From Cetorhinus maximus (lineage: Eukaryota): DNA of 64,000 nt. Position 1 is the stretch's first letter. Each line of letters starts with the position of its first letter. The translations under genes and the position numbers were made by a program. The notes under the pieces were generated by a model. That model saw nothing but the letters and a program-made list of their open reading frames with translations. It was not told the DNA's origin and did no database searches. This document shows positions 1 to 11,686 of this stretch, piece after piece. The stretch spans positions 30,876,001 to 30,940,000 of the forward strand of contig NC_135895.1 of assembly GCF_964194155.1 (NCBI RefSeq), in the 5' to 3' direction.

Positions 1-146
1 CCTTTATGGTATTCCGGTAGACAAATCTAGCTGTTCCAAAATCTTTCCACATACCTGGAAACTGCATTTAGTTTAAGCAATCCCTGAGTTAATGGCTGAT
101 ATAAAAGTTAATATTTTTAGAAGGTGCATGTACAAGTTGAAAACCC

Positions 147-155
147 AAAGGATAT
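147..155 (-). other. U12-type (minor spliceosome) AT-type 5' splice site of PIGB intron 2
   Basis: Minus strand reads TTC AA|ATATCCTTT, matching the U12 consensus RTATCCTTT exactly where PIGB similarity ends; no GT donor at this point. Confidence 0.85.
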
Positions 156-291
156 TTGAAGACCATATTGTGTGCGACTTCGAGTGACTGCCAATACTCA
201 TCAGGAACGAAACTCGTTTGGACCAGAAAGCAGTTCACCATCCTCAAAGCTACAGTGAACATAATTAGATAGATGTTTGGACCCAATAATC
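156..291 (-). CDS. PIGB: PIGB (GPI mannosyltransferase 3) coding exon 2; gene continues beyond the left edge
   Basis: Translates (G)[44 protein letters not shown], the [13 protein letters not shown] motif. Acceptor ttttcttaaatttAG at 293-292; 136 bp; phase matches exon 1; donor is ATATCCTTT (U12 type). Confidence 0.93.
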
Positions 292-597
292 CTAAATTTA
301 AGAAAACAGAAAAACTACAATTACAAAAGCAGCAAAATATTTTGGTGGCTCCAAATACCAGCTGCCTTTTTCTGAGGAAGACAGTGTCACATTAAACACA
401 TTTCATTGAGTAAACGTTACAGCTTAGGAAAAAGAATCATTCTTCTACAGAAAAAAAAAAATCATTTAAAAAAACTGCACAATTCCATTTTTATACTTAA
501 GGAAAATTGTATTCTAGCATTAAATATTATGAACACTAAACATTTACTGTTGGTCATGAAAATTCTCTTGATCTGTGAGATGTTGTGCTGTACAGCT

Positions 598-1660
598 GGT
601 TAAAAGAGGACCTTTGTTTTCTGGGCATTTAGTGAAAGACCTATTGTCTCAAATGCTTCCGCGGAGTCAGCAATGACCTGGAACTCTGTTTCTGAGTGAG
701 TATACACACATGCATCACATATACTGAAGCCCTGTAACTTAATTTGGAATGGTTTTGGATTGAAGGCAGCATAGGTTGAATGGTTTCCCGTTTGTTCTGT
801 AGATGATCGCCACACCGGTGGCTAATTTGCTGGAGGTGGTCAATGGCAAGATCCCGGACAATGTGGACCATTTTCTGTATCTTAGGAGCCTCCTCTTGAC
901 AAAAGCAGACTTGGACAATGAAATTCATCATCGCTTCCAATGTGCAGCTTAGCTTTGGCTGACCAAGGAAAAGAGTATTTGAGGATCAGGGTCACAAACC
1001 CAAGACTAAGGTCCTAGTTTACTGGGCAACAATGATCCCTACACTCCTATAAGCTTCAGAGACTTGGACAACCTACAGCAGGCAGCTGAAAGTACTGGAG
1101 AAGAACCATTAGTGGTGCCTTCGCAAGATCCTCCAAATCCAATGGCAAGAAAGGTGGTCCAACAGAAGTGTCCTCTCCAAAGCCAACTTGCCAGGCATTG
1201 AGATGCTAATCACTCAAAACCAGCTCTGCTATGTGCCTGAGACCAGACACCTAAAGCAATTACTCTATTCGGAAATAAGTCACGGCAGGAGACTCCTAGG
1301 AGGACAGCAGAAACGCCTTAGGGATGTCCTCAAAAGCATCCCAGAAGAGGTCAAACATACCTGCTGACTCATGAGAGTCCCTGGCTTGTGACAGACCAAA
1401 ATGGAGAAGACTCATCCAGGAGGGTGCCGACACTTTGAGTGACATCGTCAGGAACATGCAGAGGTGAAGTTGAGGTGTCAAAGGAAGCGCACAAATCTCC
1501 AAACAACCTATCTACCCAACCTTTTAAGCATCACTTGTCCTGCTTGTGGCAGAATCTGCAGTTTGCACATTGGACTTACCAGTCATCTCCGAAGTCATCA
1601 AACCTGAGTGGAAGCAAGTCAAACTTGATCCTGAGGGACTGTCTAAGAAGACAACAACTC
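598..1660 (+). mobile_element. RTE-clade LINE 3' fragment, decayed, with an inverted 5' portion (598-~810 on minus)
   Basis: Plus strand gives VNGK..NVDHFLYL and TKVLVYW..IPTLL.ASETWT-like RTE peptides; minus strand 600-815 gives DACVYTHSE..GLSLNAQKTKVL (RT motif region). Confidence 0.7.
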
Positions 1661-2563
1661 TCCAAAATATGCATTTCTGTACAGTTGTTATCTTTGGAAC
1701 AGAGGAGACTGGGAATTAGATTGTGTATAAAATTGAGGGGCCTAGATAGAATGAATAGAAACAACCCATTCCCATTAGCAGAGAGATCAATACACGGGGG
1801 CCATAGATCGGAAGTAATTGGTAGAAGGTTTAGAGGCCTGTTGGTTTTACATCCAGAGGCTGATGGAAGTCTGTAACTTACTGCCTGAAAGGGGTGTAGA
1901 GTCAGAAACCCTCGCGCATTTAAAAAATGGTTCTAAAATGCAGTGCCATCTACCCAAAGATAAGTAATCCTATCACTGTACAAAACATTTACTCATACAC
2001 AGCAACAGAACAAGTGAAGAGGACACTCAGAGTGCATACCTCCACCATGCTGTGTTAACTCAACATCAAAGTTATGCAGCTGTTCTTTGAAGCTTTTCCC
2101 AGCCCGGTTGATGCTCTGTAACTAAAGCTGAAAATTTTTTTTTTAAATTACGAGCTTCCATCTCACTAAGGAGGCATCAGGCCAATCCACGTCCAACAAC
2201 CTGCCTGAAAACTCTGCTCACATTTTTGACAGCTGTGACAAATTCCATCACAGCAGCTGAGACAATCCCAACATTCTAAAACAATAAACAGCATTCTAAA
2301 GAAGTCAATTTGCCTGTCTCCCAATGTTAACGGATCCATTAAAAAATTCTAGGATCCGGATCCTCATCTTTGCCAAAAGCTAATCAATCAGTTCTTTCTT
2401 GGGCCATACCCTGTGTACTAAGATTCCATGAAATCCATCCATTAATTTTTGAGAGGTATTGTTTAAAGACAAACATACTAACAGGAGTGAAGACATTGCC
2501 TCTGCCCATCTTCAGTGAGAGAGGTAACTTTAATTCAAATATTGAAACTTATTGACAGGTACT

Positions 2564-3800
2564 ATAAAAGCCAAACACTGTGGATGCTAGAAATCTGAAA
2601 TAAAAAACAGAAAATATGGGAAATACTCAGCTGGTCCAGCAGCATCTGTGGAGAGAGAAATAGAGTTAATGTTTCAGGTCAAGGCCTTTCATCAGAACCA
2701 AAAAAAGTTTGAGATGTGTCAGATTTTAAGTAAATACAAAGACAGGGAAAGGGGGAAGAGGGGAAGAACAAAAGGGAAGTTCTGTGACTGGCAGGAGAGA
2801 TTAAATGACAAAAGGGATGATGGTGCAAGCCAAATGGAGGTGGTAATGGCAAAGAAACAAAAGATGGGTCCGGAGAAGATGTAAATGGGAAAGCAGAGTC
2901 ATCAACAGCAGCTGTCATCTGAAAAACTGAGGGCAAGGGTTATTATTGGAAATTATTGAACTCAACGTTGAGGCTGGAAAGTGCCTAACCGAAAGATGAC
3001 ATGCAGTTCCTCAAATGTATGTTCAGCCTTAATGGAACTGTGTTTTGTGGGGGGGTGGGAGGGGGGGAACAGAGAGAGAGAGAGAGAATGACAGAGGGCA
3101 GAATGGGAGTGGGGCGGAGAATTAAAATGACAGGAACCCAGAAGCTCAGGGTTACACTTATGGGCTGAACGGAGGTGTTCCACAAAGCAGTCACCCAATC
3201 TGTGTTTGGTCTCCCCTACACATAGGAATCTGTATTGCAAGCAATGAAATCAGTGTACTAAATTTAAAGCGGTACAAGTAAATCACTGTTTCACCTGGAA
3301 GGACTTTTTGGAGCCTTGTACAGTGGGAAGGAACCAGGTGAAAAGGCAGGCATTTAACCTCCTGCACTTGATTGGGAGGGTTTCATGGGAAGAAAAGTAG
3401 ATGTTCTTGGCAATGGAGAAGTGCACCAGGGTGTCACAGAGGGAATGGTCCCTCAGAACGCTGAAAGAGGAGGAAAGGGAAAGATTTGCTTAGCGTTGGC
3501 ATCATGCTGGAGGTGGCGGAAATAGGGGAGGATGATCCATTCAATGTGGAGTGTGGAAGCTGAGGACAATGAGAACGATCAGAGCGAACATCGGGAAATG
3601 GAATGTACATGATCAATAGCCCTGTCAACCACATTGGAGAGGAATCCTCAACTGTGGAAACAAGACGACATATTGGAAGCACTTATGGAAGGTGGCATCA
3701 TCAGAACAGAGGAGGCAGAGAGAAACTGGGAGAGTGGAATCAAGTCCTCACAGGAAGTGGGGTGGGAGGAAATGTAATTAAGGTAGTTATGGGTATGTAG
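2564..3800 (-). mobile_element. Penelope-like retroelement 3' fragment (GIY-YIG endonuclease remnant plus terminal repeat with hammerhead motif)
   Basis: ORF 2962-3240 has CVGETKHRLGDCFVEHLRS...CHFNS...EELHVIFRLGTFQP, typical of the PLE GIY-YIG C-terminus; downstream on the same strand is the CTGATGA..GAAA terminal repeat. Confidence 0.8.
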
Positions 3801-4496
3801 TGCATAGATGTGTATGGTGACAATATAGTGCCTGGAGGAGTCATCAATTTAAAATTGAGACACTTTGGGAGAAATTGTTCGAGCCACAAATGTTTTGCCA
3901 CAGAAATTGGTTGAGGCAAATTCTAAGGTGAAATCGGATGAATATTTGAGGCAGAGGAAGATACAGAGCAATGAGGAGAGAACAGGGAATGGAATTAGTT
4001 TTAGGATAGAAACAGAAAATGACGGAAACACTCGTTAGGTCAGGCATCATATGTGTAAAGAAAGAAATAGTTTATGTTTTCATTAATAGCCTTTCATCAA
4101 GTCAGATGAGATTAGTTTGGATTGTTCAAGCAAAGGACTGGCACAGATAAATGGGCCAAATGCCAAATATCCTATACTATTCACCTCTATGATGACCTCT
4201 AGGATCCTGCGATCCATTAGAAAAGCTTCACTCCAGCTAATCACAGGCAGTTGCGTCCTGGCCAGAGACCAGGAAGGATATATATTTTATATATCTAGGT
4301 CAGCCTGGCTATTTTATAAAATTATTTTTTTTGTTTTTCCAAAATGGACAATTGTTGGGCTGATAAAAATGGCTACAGCTGATCACTTGCTGGTTTCTGG
4401 AAGATTCTAAGCTGTTTCAATGGACAAAGACTACCTTATCATCCTGGAATGTACTTGTATTGTCACATTCCAGCCAAGCCAAAATTCATAGACCAT

Positions 4497-5732
4497 GGGC
4501 AGAATTGTCCCAGATATGCACTAAGAGCAGTAGCAGGCGGGAAAAAGGACGTTTTATCCGTTGGCCACAATGGCGGGGTTTTGAACCATATCATCCCAAT
4601 CCCGCCTCATTAATCATGCATTCCTGGGAAATACATCGCTTCGCTAGCAGGCGGCCTCTGATTCACCCGCCAGACCGTCTCCTTGCCGCTTCCTCATGTT
4701 GGACACCATATTTAAAGTGCACCCGCACGCACACCTTTCAGTGCTTCCAGCCCAGGACTGCTGCACAGAAGATATGACCCCGAAAGGTGAGAAGATTTCA
4801 GCCCCCCACCACCCTCCCCCAATTCAGTGACACATCCCTTGGACGTCTTCTGGACACCACTGGAGCCCGCCGCGATGTCCTCTATACCCGCTCTGGCCAC
4901 AGGAGGCCCATCAGTGTCATCACTCCGACTTGGGAGGCAGTGGCAGAGGTGATCAATGCCAACACTGCACAGAAGAGGTTCAACATCCAGTGCGGAAAGG
5001 ATGATCTCATCCGTGCCACCAGGGTAAGGTGGCCATCTCATCACTCTAAACTCACACACTCACAAGCCCATCACACATTCACTGGCATCTCACTCACTGC
5101 CAGCTCAAGGGATATCACCACTCACACCCTCACCCATCTGGCCTCGTCTCCTCTGGAGACCGCTTCCTCAGCCCTCACCCTTTTAAGGCCACTCACACAG
5201 ATCAACATGTGTCCCCACATACACCCTGACACCTCCCTTCCCCAGCTTCCCTTGCCTGAAGCCACTTCTCCCCCTTTCCCAAGCAAGCCATAGCCCTGCA
5301 GCCATTGAAAAGCCACCCCCACCTTATGGCTAGTCTCGTAAATAGAGACCTGCCCATGAGCTCCCCAAAAGTGATGTGGTAGTGCCTGCAAAGCCTGGCA
5401 CTGATAATCACGAGTGCTGCCCGATGCAAAGTAAGCAAACAAGCCTCAAAGTCCCGAGTGAAGTGCAGCTCGCCAAGTGTCTGGCACTTAAGTTCAGTTG
5501 TGAAACATGTCGGCGTGATGTGCCCGGATATTCCAGCGAGCAGGGCTTATAACAATATGCAGAAATATCAAAATGACATTCCCGATGTCCGGTGGCAAGA
5601 AACGTGGCCTGCCATTTTTGGGTGGAGCAGATGAACGCAAACTGGTTTCACAATGGTGTGAAACCGATTTTTGGCCTTCCTGCCATATTGTCCGTTCACA
5701 CATAACACCAACAGGGATGGAAAATTCCACCC
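4497..5732 (+). mobile_element. Non-autonomous PIF/Harbinger-like DNA transposon with a Myb/SANT-like exon
   Basis: Ends GGGCAGAATTGTCC / GGAAAATTCCACCC form imperfect TIRs; internal peptide PQFSDTSLGRLLD..RRDVLY..WEAVAEVINA..KRFNIQC resembles the Harbinger Myb/SANT protein. Confidence 0.6.
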
Positions 5733-7764
5733 GATAAATCGGCACTAGCCAGCTACAGACAAAGGTAGAGCTCTTTGTGACTCCTAATCTCCAATCTTGT
5801 GCTAATGGCCCCACCATTACCTGCTCCAAAACACAATGGGTTTCAACCAGGCACCTCATTAGCTTAATAGCTTGTCCCGAAACCACCATGTCACATAACC
5901 AAGACTTGAGCTGTTTGAATTCCTTTAATTATGCAGCTCTTGAATTTGATCTTCAGTCCCTGTTTGACCTCAGTAGCGAAGCAGGACTCCAGACAAGCAG
6001 CCTGCCTCTGTCTACCATTGTTTTCATCAAACAGGTAGTAACTGAAAGAGCTCTGTTCAGGTGAAGTGCCTGACCCTCATCTACCATCATGTGGTACCTT
6101 GGAACGTCTGTATCTCTGCGTTCAAGACAAATTCATCTCCAAGTGCCTTCTTCCATCATGGAAGTCCTCGCTTCTGGAAAATTGGATCACCCTGTAACAG
6201 TTCATCCTGCTAACCTCCGAAGGAGTACACCACTGGACTTTTGATTCTGGACTCATGTGAAACCATAACTCTTAATTTTATCATGGTCTTGCCCTGTACC
6301 CCTTTCTTTCCTTTATCCCTGGACATTGCGAAACCCCTTTCTCCCATTTTGCATGTGTGTAGAATAAACCAAACCTCTTATTTTACTTTATCTCGAGTTT
6401 GCTGTGGGGTTATTAACAGAGGATTGGATACCTCCAAAACTGAAGGGTTGGGGGAAAATGCACCACCACTTATAAAGGGGAATATCAAAAATCAAAAACA
6501 CCTTTTTGTTTACGGACGGGTAGTGAGTGGAGAAATCAGGGCTGTTCAAAATGAATCCCTCTCCGATCCATAGCAACCTGTTGAAAAACATTTGCCGACC
6601 AGAGGGTGCATTCAGATTAAAGCGCACCACTTCTTTAGATCATACTATTGCATTTGGGACTGTATGCAATGTTTTTCATAGACACTTGCACGTTATATTG
6701 TCCATTGATAAGGTGCCGGACAAAAGATTAATACACATGATAAGATCACACGGAGTTAGGGGTGATATATTAGCTTGGATAGAGGATTGGCTAACCAATA
6801 GAAAGCAGAGAGTTGGGATAAATGGGTCTTTTTCTGGATGGCAAGCTGTAACGAGTGGGGTGCCATAAGGTTCAGTCCTTGGGCCCCAACTAGTTACAAT
6901 CTATATTAATGACTTAGATTCAGGGATAGAAGGTACTAATTGTAGCTAAATTTGCAGATGACACCAAAATAGGTGGGAAAGTAAGTTGCAATGAAGAAAT
7001 AAGAAACATACAAATGAATATGGACAGGTTAGGTGAATGGTCCAAAATCTAGCAGATGGAGTTTAATGTGGATAAATGTGAGGTTATTCATTTTGGTCGG
7101 AAGAATAAAAAGGCTATTTATTATTTAAATGGAGAGAAACTTCAGAATGCTTCAGTGCAGAGGGATCTGGGTGTCCTCATACATGAATCGGTGAAAGGTA
7201 GAATGCAGGTGCAGCAGGTAATAAGGAAGGCAAATGGAATTTTGGCATTTATTGCTAAAGGAATAGAGTATAAAAATAGGGAAGTGTTGTTGCAACTGTA
7301 CAAGGCATTGGTGAGACCGCGCCTGGAGTACAGTGCACAGTTTTGGTCCCCTTACTTGAGGAAAGATGTGGTTGCATTGGAGGCGGTTCAGAGGAGGTTC
7401 ACTAGATTGATTCCAGAGATGCGGGGCTTGTCTTATGAGGAGAAATTAAGCAGTTTAGGCCTATACTCGCTAGAGTTTAGAAGGATGAGAGGGGATCTAA
7501 TTGAAGTATATAAGATGCTAAAGGGGACAGACAAAGTAGACGTGGAACAGATGTTTCCCCTTGTGGGGCATTCTAGAATGAGAGGCCATAGTTTTAGGCT
7601 AAGGGGTGATACATTTAAATCAGAGATGAGGAGGAATTACTTTTCTCAAAGGGTGTGAATCTGTGGAATTCACTACCTCAGAGTGCAGTGGATGCCAGGA
7701 CGCTGAATAAATTTTAGGAGGAGATAGACAGATTTTTAATTAGTAAGGGGTTGAACAGTTATGA

Positions 7765-8693
7765 GTAAAAGCAAAAAACTGCGGATGCTGGAAATCCAAA
7801 ACAAAAACTAAAATAAAAATTCCTGGAAAGACTCAACAGGTCTGACAGCATCTGCAGAGAGGAACACAGTCAACGTTTCGAGTCCGTATGACTCAACAGA
7901 ACTAAGGAAAAATAGAAGAGAGGTGAAATATAAACTGGTTTAAGGGGGGGGGGGGGGGGGGGAGGCACAAGTAGAGCTGGATAGAGGGCCAGTGATAGGT
8001 AGAGGCAAAAAAGAGATTGCCAAAGATGTCATAGACAAAAGGACAAAGAGGTGTTGACGGTGGTGACATTAGCTAAGGATTGTGCTAATAGGTGACATTA
8101 AGGGTAGAAAGCAGGACGAGCAAGGTACAGATAGCCCTAGTGGGGGTGGGGTGGGGTGGGGGGGAAGGGATCGAAATAGGCTAAAAGGTAGAGATAAAAC
8201 AATGGATGGAAATACATTTAAAAATAATGGAAATAGGTGGGAAAAGAAAAATATATATAAATTATTGGAAAAAGGGGAATCGGAAAGCGGGTGGGGATGG
8301 AGGACAGAGTTCATCCATTGTTTTATCTCTACCTTTTAGCCCATTTCGATCCCTTCCCCCCACCCCACCCGGGCTATCTGTACCTTGCTCGTCCTGCTTT
8401 CTACCCTTAATTAGCACATTCCTTAGCTAATATCACCACCATCAACACCTCTTTGTCCTTTTGTCTATGACATCTTTGGTAATCTCTTCTTTGCCTCTAC
8501 CTATCACTGGCCCTCTATCCAGCTCTACTTGTCCCCCCCACCCCCAACCGTAAACCAGCTTATATTTCACCTCTCTTCTATTTTTCCTTAGTTCTGTTGA
8601 AGAGTCATACGGACTCGAAACGTTAACTGTGTCCCTCTCCGCAGATGCTGTCAGACCTGCTGAGTTTTTCCAGGTATTTTTATTTTTGTTTTT
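7765..8693. mobile_element. Penelope-like element ends arranged as an inverted pair
   Basis: ~7795-8215 is the reverse complement of ~8313-8693; flanked by GTTATGA at 7758-7764 and 8694-8700. Confidence 0.8.
8590..8628 (+). ncRNA. Minimal hammerhead ribozyme motif, CUGUUGA core variant
   Basis: agtt-CTGTTGA-a-gagtc(atacg)gactc-GAAA-CGTT-aact. Confidence 0.55.
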
Positions 8694-8953
8694 GTTATGA
8701 CCGGTTATGGGGATTGGGCTGGAAATTGGATTTGAGGCCGAAATGAGATCAGCCATGATCGTATTGAATTGCGGGGCAGGCTCGAGGGGTTGAATTGCCT
8801 ACTCCTGCTCCTAGTTCTTATTGGATTGGCAGCTGGGAAAAATCTCCCCAGGACAGTTCTCTTTTCGGGTTTTTACAAACTGAATGCAGCGAGACGAGAT
8901 GCAATGACATCTGCACAGAGCAGTGGCAACTAGGCTGGCTGGCTGGTCTGTAC

Positions 8954-9083
8954 CTGTCCCCAACTCCGAGTTGCAGCGCTCTTTGCTGTACAGCGTCGAT
9001 TTTCTCTTTCTCAGCCTCACAGTTTCTGAAGCCGCGGAATGCCTGCCTCGGAGTGCCTCCAGACTACTCCTGAGTGTCTTCAT
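8954..9083 (-). CDS. PIGB: PIGB coding exon 1
   Basis: MKTLRSSLEALRGRHSAASETVRLRKRKSTLYSKERCNSELGT contains the LRKRKSTLY motif of the PIGB N-terminus; donor ACAG|GTACAG; 130 bp (phase 1) joins exon 2 in frame. Confidence 0.85.
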
Positions 9084-9139
9084 TCTCAAACTCAGTGCTG
9101 GCAAGGGGAAGGAGTGCTCAAAGCTCCATTCTCTGACTC

Positions 9140-9736
9140 AGCTTCCTCTCCCGTGACGTCATCCCTCTGCGCGCGACACCCAGCCCAGCTCGAGCCTCAT
9201 TCAAGAATCAGCGCGCCGTGCGCACGCGCCGTGCCGGCCGAACTTCCCCGCGGGGCCTGGGCGGAGCCACTGATGGATGCTCCCTCACCAGACAGAGAGA
9301 GAGAGGTTTGCAGGGTGACAGCTCTCCCTTCCTATTCCTCCCCCACCCCCGCCCTTCACATTACAATCACAAGGCCCCGTCCCTCAACGTTACCCGCCTG
9401 CTAAGCACAAGGTTTATGTTTTACAGTTCGATCGCGCTGGTTTCAAAATAAAACTGCCAGCCCCCCCTTCCCCATGCGTCTGTTTTGAAAGACTGCGAAG
9501 CACAGGACGGCGGGTGGTTTGGTCGATGCGCATGCGCGGTCGGACAGGGTGTGTGGTCAGAATCCAGCTGATTGGCATTTTCTCCAGGCGGCCACCCCAG
9601 AGCCAATCAGGAGAGCGGCAAGGGGGGTGGGAGAAGAATGCTGACATACAAGTTCGCATGAGAGTGCACCGCTGGAGCAAAGCAGACTGAATCCTGGGGA
9701 ATAGCCTAGCTCAGGAAAAGCCATAGGAGGGTAAGC
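9140..9736. promoter_or_regulatory. CpG-rich bidirectional promoter (PIGB / TMEM205-like) including a probable non-coding first exon of the plus-strand gene
   Basis: Local CpG enrichment; CRE TGACGTCA 9154-9161; NRF1-type TGCGCATGCGC 9527-9537; opposed CCAAT boxes 9571-9575 and 9603-9607; plus-strand donor GAGG|GTAAGC at 9731. Confidence 0.75.
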
Positions 9737-11586
9737 GCTCTGCATTTCATCCAAGTAATTTAATCTAGTGGGAGATTAAGCAGCAAACGTAACGGCAACG
9801 TTATTTTTATCCCTAATGTAAAGAACGAGTTTTGGGAAAATGCAAAAAGGGCCAAACGGATTCAAAGCTGAACTTTTGATTTAAATGAAGAGCAGACTAT
9901 CAGTGAATCTTAATCTGGGTCTTTTTGACGTAAAAGCTGTATCTGAAACCCTAGAGTAACATTTGAATGCTTTATTTATCAAGGAGTTTTGAAAAATCTG
10001 TTTCATGGGAAATGTGTTCTTCAACAAAGGAATTGTGGTTTTGTTAAACTCTCGATAACTTAATGACGACTGCAACAGCCTCAGAAAATGGATTATCCTC
10101 ACACAGTTCCCGTTGGCCATCGTACTTTTACCTCCCACCCCCACAACACACTCATCTACAAACACCACCCCCACCCCAAGGTCATTTTTCAGATCCATTT
10201 AATGCTGATAGTTCTCCAGAGTTTAAAATTGTTGATCAAAACCTAGATGAGCAACTCCGGTCTATCTTTTAATGAAAGTTGAAACTGCTGGCAATACACG
10301 TCGTGCAGAATCTGCAAAAAAAAGAGGTTATAACCCTTTGGTCAGATTTCAAAACTAGAAGATAAGCAATCTGGAAGAAAAGAGGAGGGGGGTGGAGAAA
10401 TGGTAAAAAGCAAGAAGCGGGAATGCTAAGTTGCGTCACAAAAAAAGCAATTAATACATGTAATAACCAGCGAACAGTGTAATTGTTTATCAGTTTAAAA
10501 ACAGAAAATGCTGGAAACGCTCAGCAGCGTCAGGCAGTATCTGTGGAAAGAGAAGTAGAGTTAACGTTTCAGGTCGATGACCTTTTATCAGAACTCTGTG
10601 AGAACTGAGCGAAACGTAGTACTATATAAAAAAGAAGCTGGAGTTTCTGGTGTGGAGTTCAAGTCATAATTAAATAAGCTGCATTGTTTAGAGTCAACAG
10701 TGCATGAGTGAGAGCTTCAGTAATCTTAGAGATGAAGTAGGGACAGAGGCACTTGGTGTTACGGAGGTGAAATTAGATAATTTTGCTGATGGATAGTATG
10801 ATGGTTTGAAGCTTAGATCAGGGTGAATAAGGACACCAAAGCCGTAAAGATGGAGTTGGGGCTAGGATGCAGCATTTCTGACAGGATCAATCAATTTTCA
10901 TAAATCTAAATAATGTTGCCAAGTGTTAGTAGTTGAGGATGACATAGGATCCAGAATGGAAAAGGTGATACGGAGCAGAAGGAAAAGCTATTGCAGAAAA
11001 TCTGATGACTATGTTGAGATAGCCAGGACCATGTTTACGTTGAATTACATGGAATAATAGGACAAAAACAGGCCATTCGGCCCAATGAGAGCATACCGGC
11101 ATTTATGCTCCATTCAAACCTCCTCCCATCCTCCCTCATCATATCTTAGATTTGCTTCCTTCTCCCTCATAGGCTTACTTAGCTTCTTCGTAAGTGCATT
11201 TAAAATATTTGCCTCAACGCGAGTTCCACGTTTTCACCACTCTGGATGAAGATGTTTCTTCTCAATTCCCTATTTGATTTCTTGGTGACGATCTCATATT
11301 GGTGGCGTCTAGTTTTATCTTTCTCCTCAAGTGGAAACACTTTGTCTCCTCTTATCAATACCTTTCATAATTTTAAAGTTCTCAATTAGTCTCTTCAGAA
11401 TTTATTTTGGAGGGCACATAAAATTTGCAAATATATTTTGCCTTTTGCTAATCACAGATCGTGTCAGAGATAACCGTTTTGGTTTAACTTTCTTTCGGCA
11501 TTTCACTTCCCTTCCATGTCTTCTCTGTAACTTGGTGCAGGATTTCTTCCTTCCTTGGTTGTGTGATGCCATCTGTGCCAATTGCC

Positions 11587-11686
11587 ATGGCTACTGAAGG
11601 AGTACCTACAACATTTGCCAAACTTCTCCACCTGATGTTCCTATCTACATTCTGGGGAATGCAGATATGGGTCACATTTATATCAG
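11587..11686 (+). CDS. TMEM205: TMEM205-like protein, coding exon 1
   Basis: Kozak GCCATGG; MATEGVPTTFAKLLHLMFLSTFWGMQIWVTFIS matches the TMEM205 HL..WGMQ.WVTF motif; donor CAG|GTAAGT; 100 bp. Confidence 0.88.

Larger units (their letters stand above)
6705..8822 (+). mobile_element. CR1 LINE 3' portion (RT and 3' UTR), interrupted at 7765-8693 by a Penelope-like insertion
   Basis: DKVPDKRLI..WIEDWL..QRVGING..VTSGVP, KFADDTK, MEFNVDKCEVIHFG, LEAVQRRFTRLIP; stops and frameshifts present; the CR1 tail resumes after 8700. Confidence 0.9.

Noticed and set aside
40-100. Minus-strand CAG|GTATGT donor-like site and CCATTAAC branch-like motif
   Set aside because: No PIGB exon 3 peptide (YGYLTWEW) is encoded here and the spacing to an acceptor is too short.
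2040-2127. Possible 88-bp cassette or poison exon in PIGB intron 1 (ttttcAG ... GAG|GTATGC)
   Set aside because: The pyrimidine tract is mostly A, there is an in-frame stop, and exons 1 and 2 already join in frame; no support without transcripts.
9638-9690. Short ORFs as a PIGBOS1-like microprotein
   Set aside because: Only 7-10 codons and no transmembrane segment.
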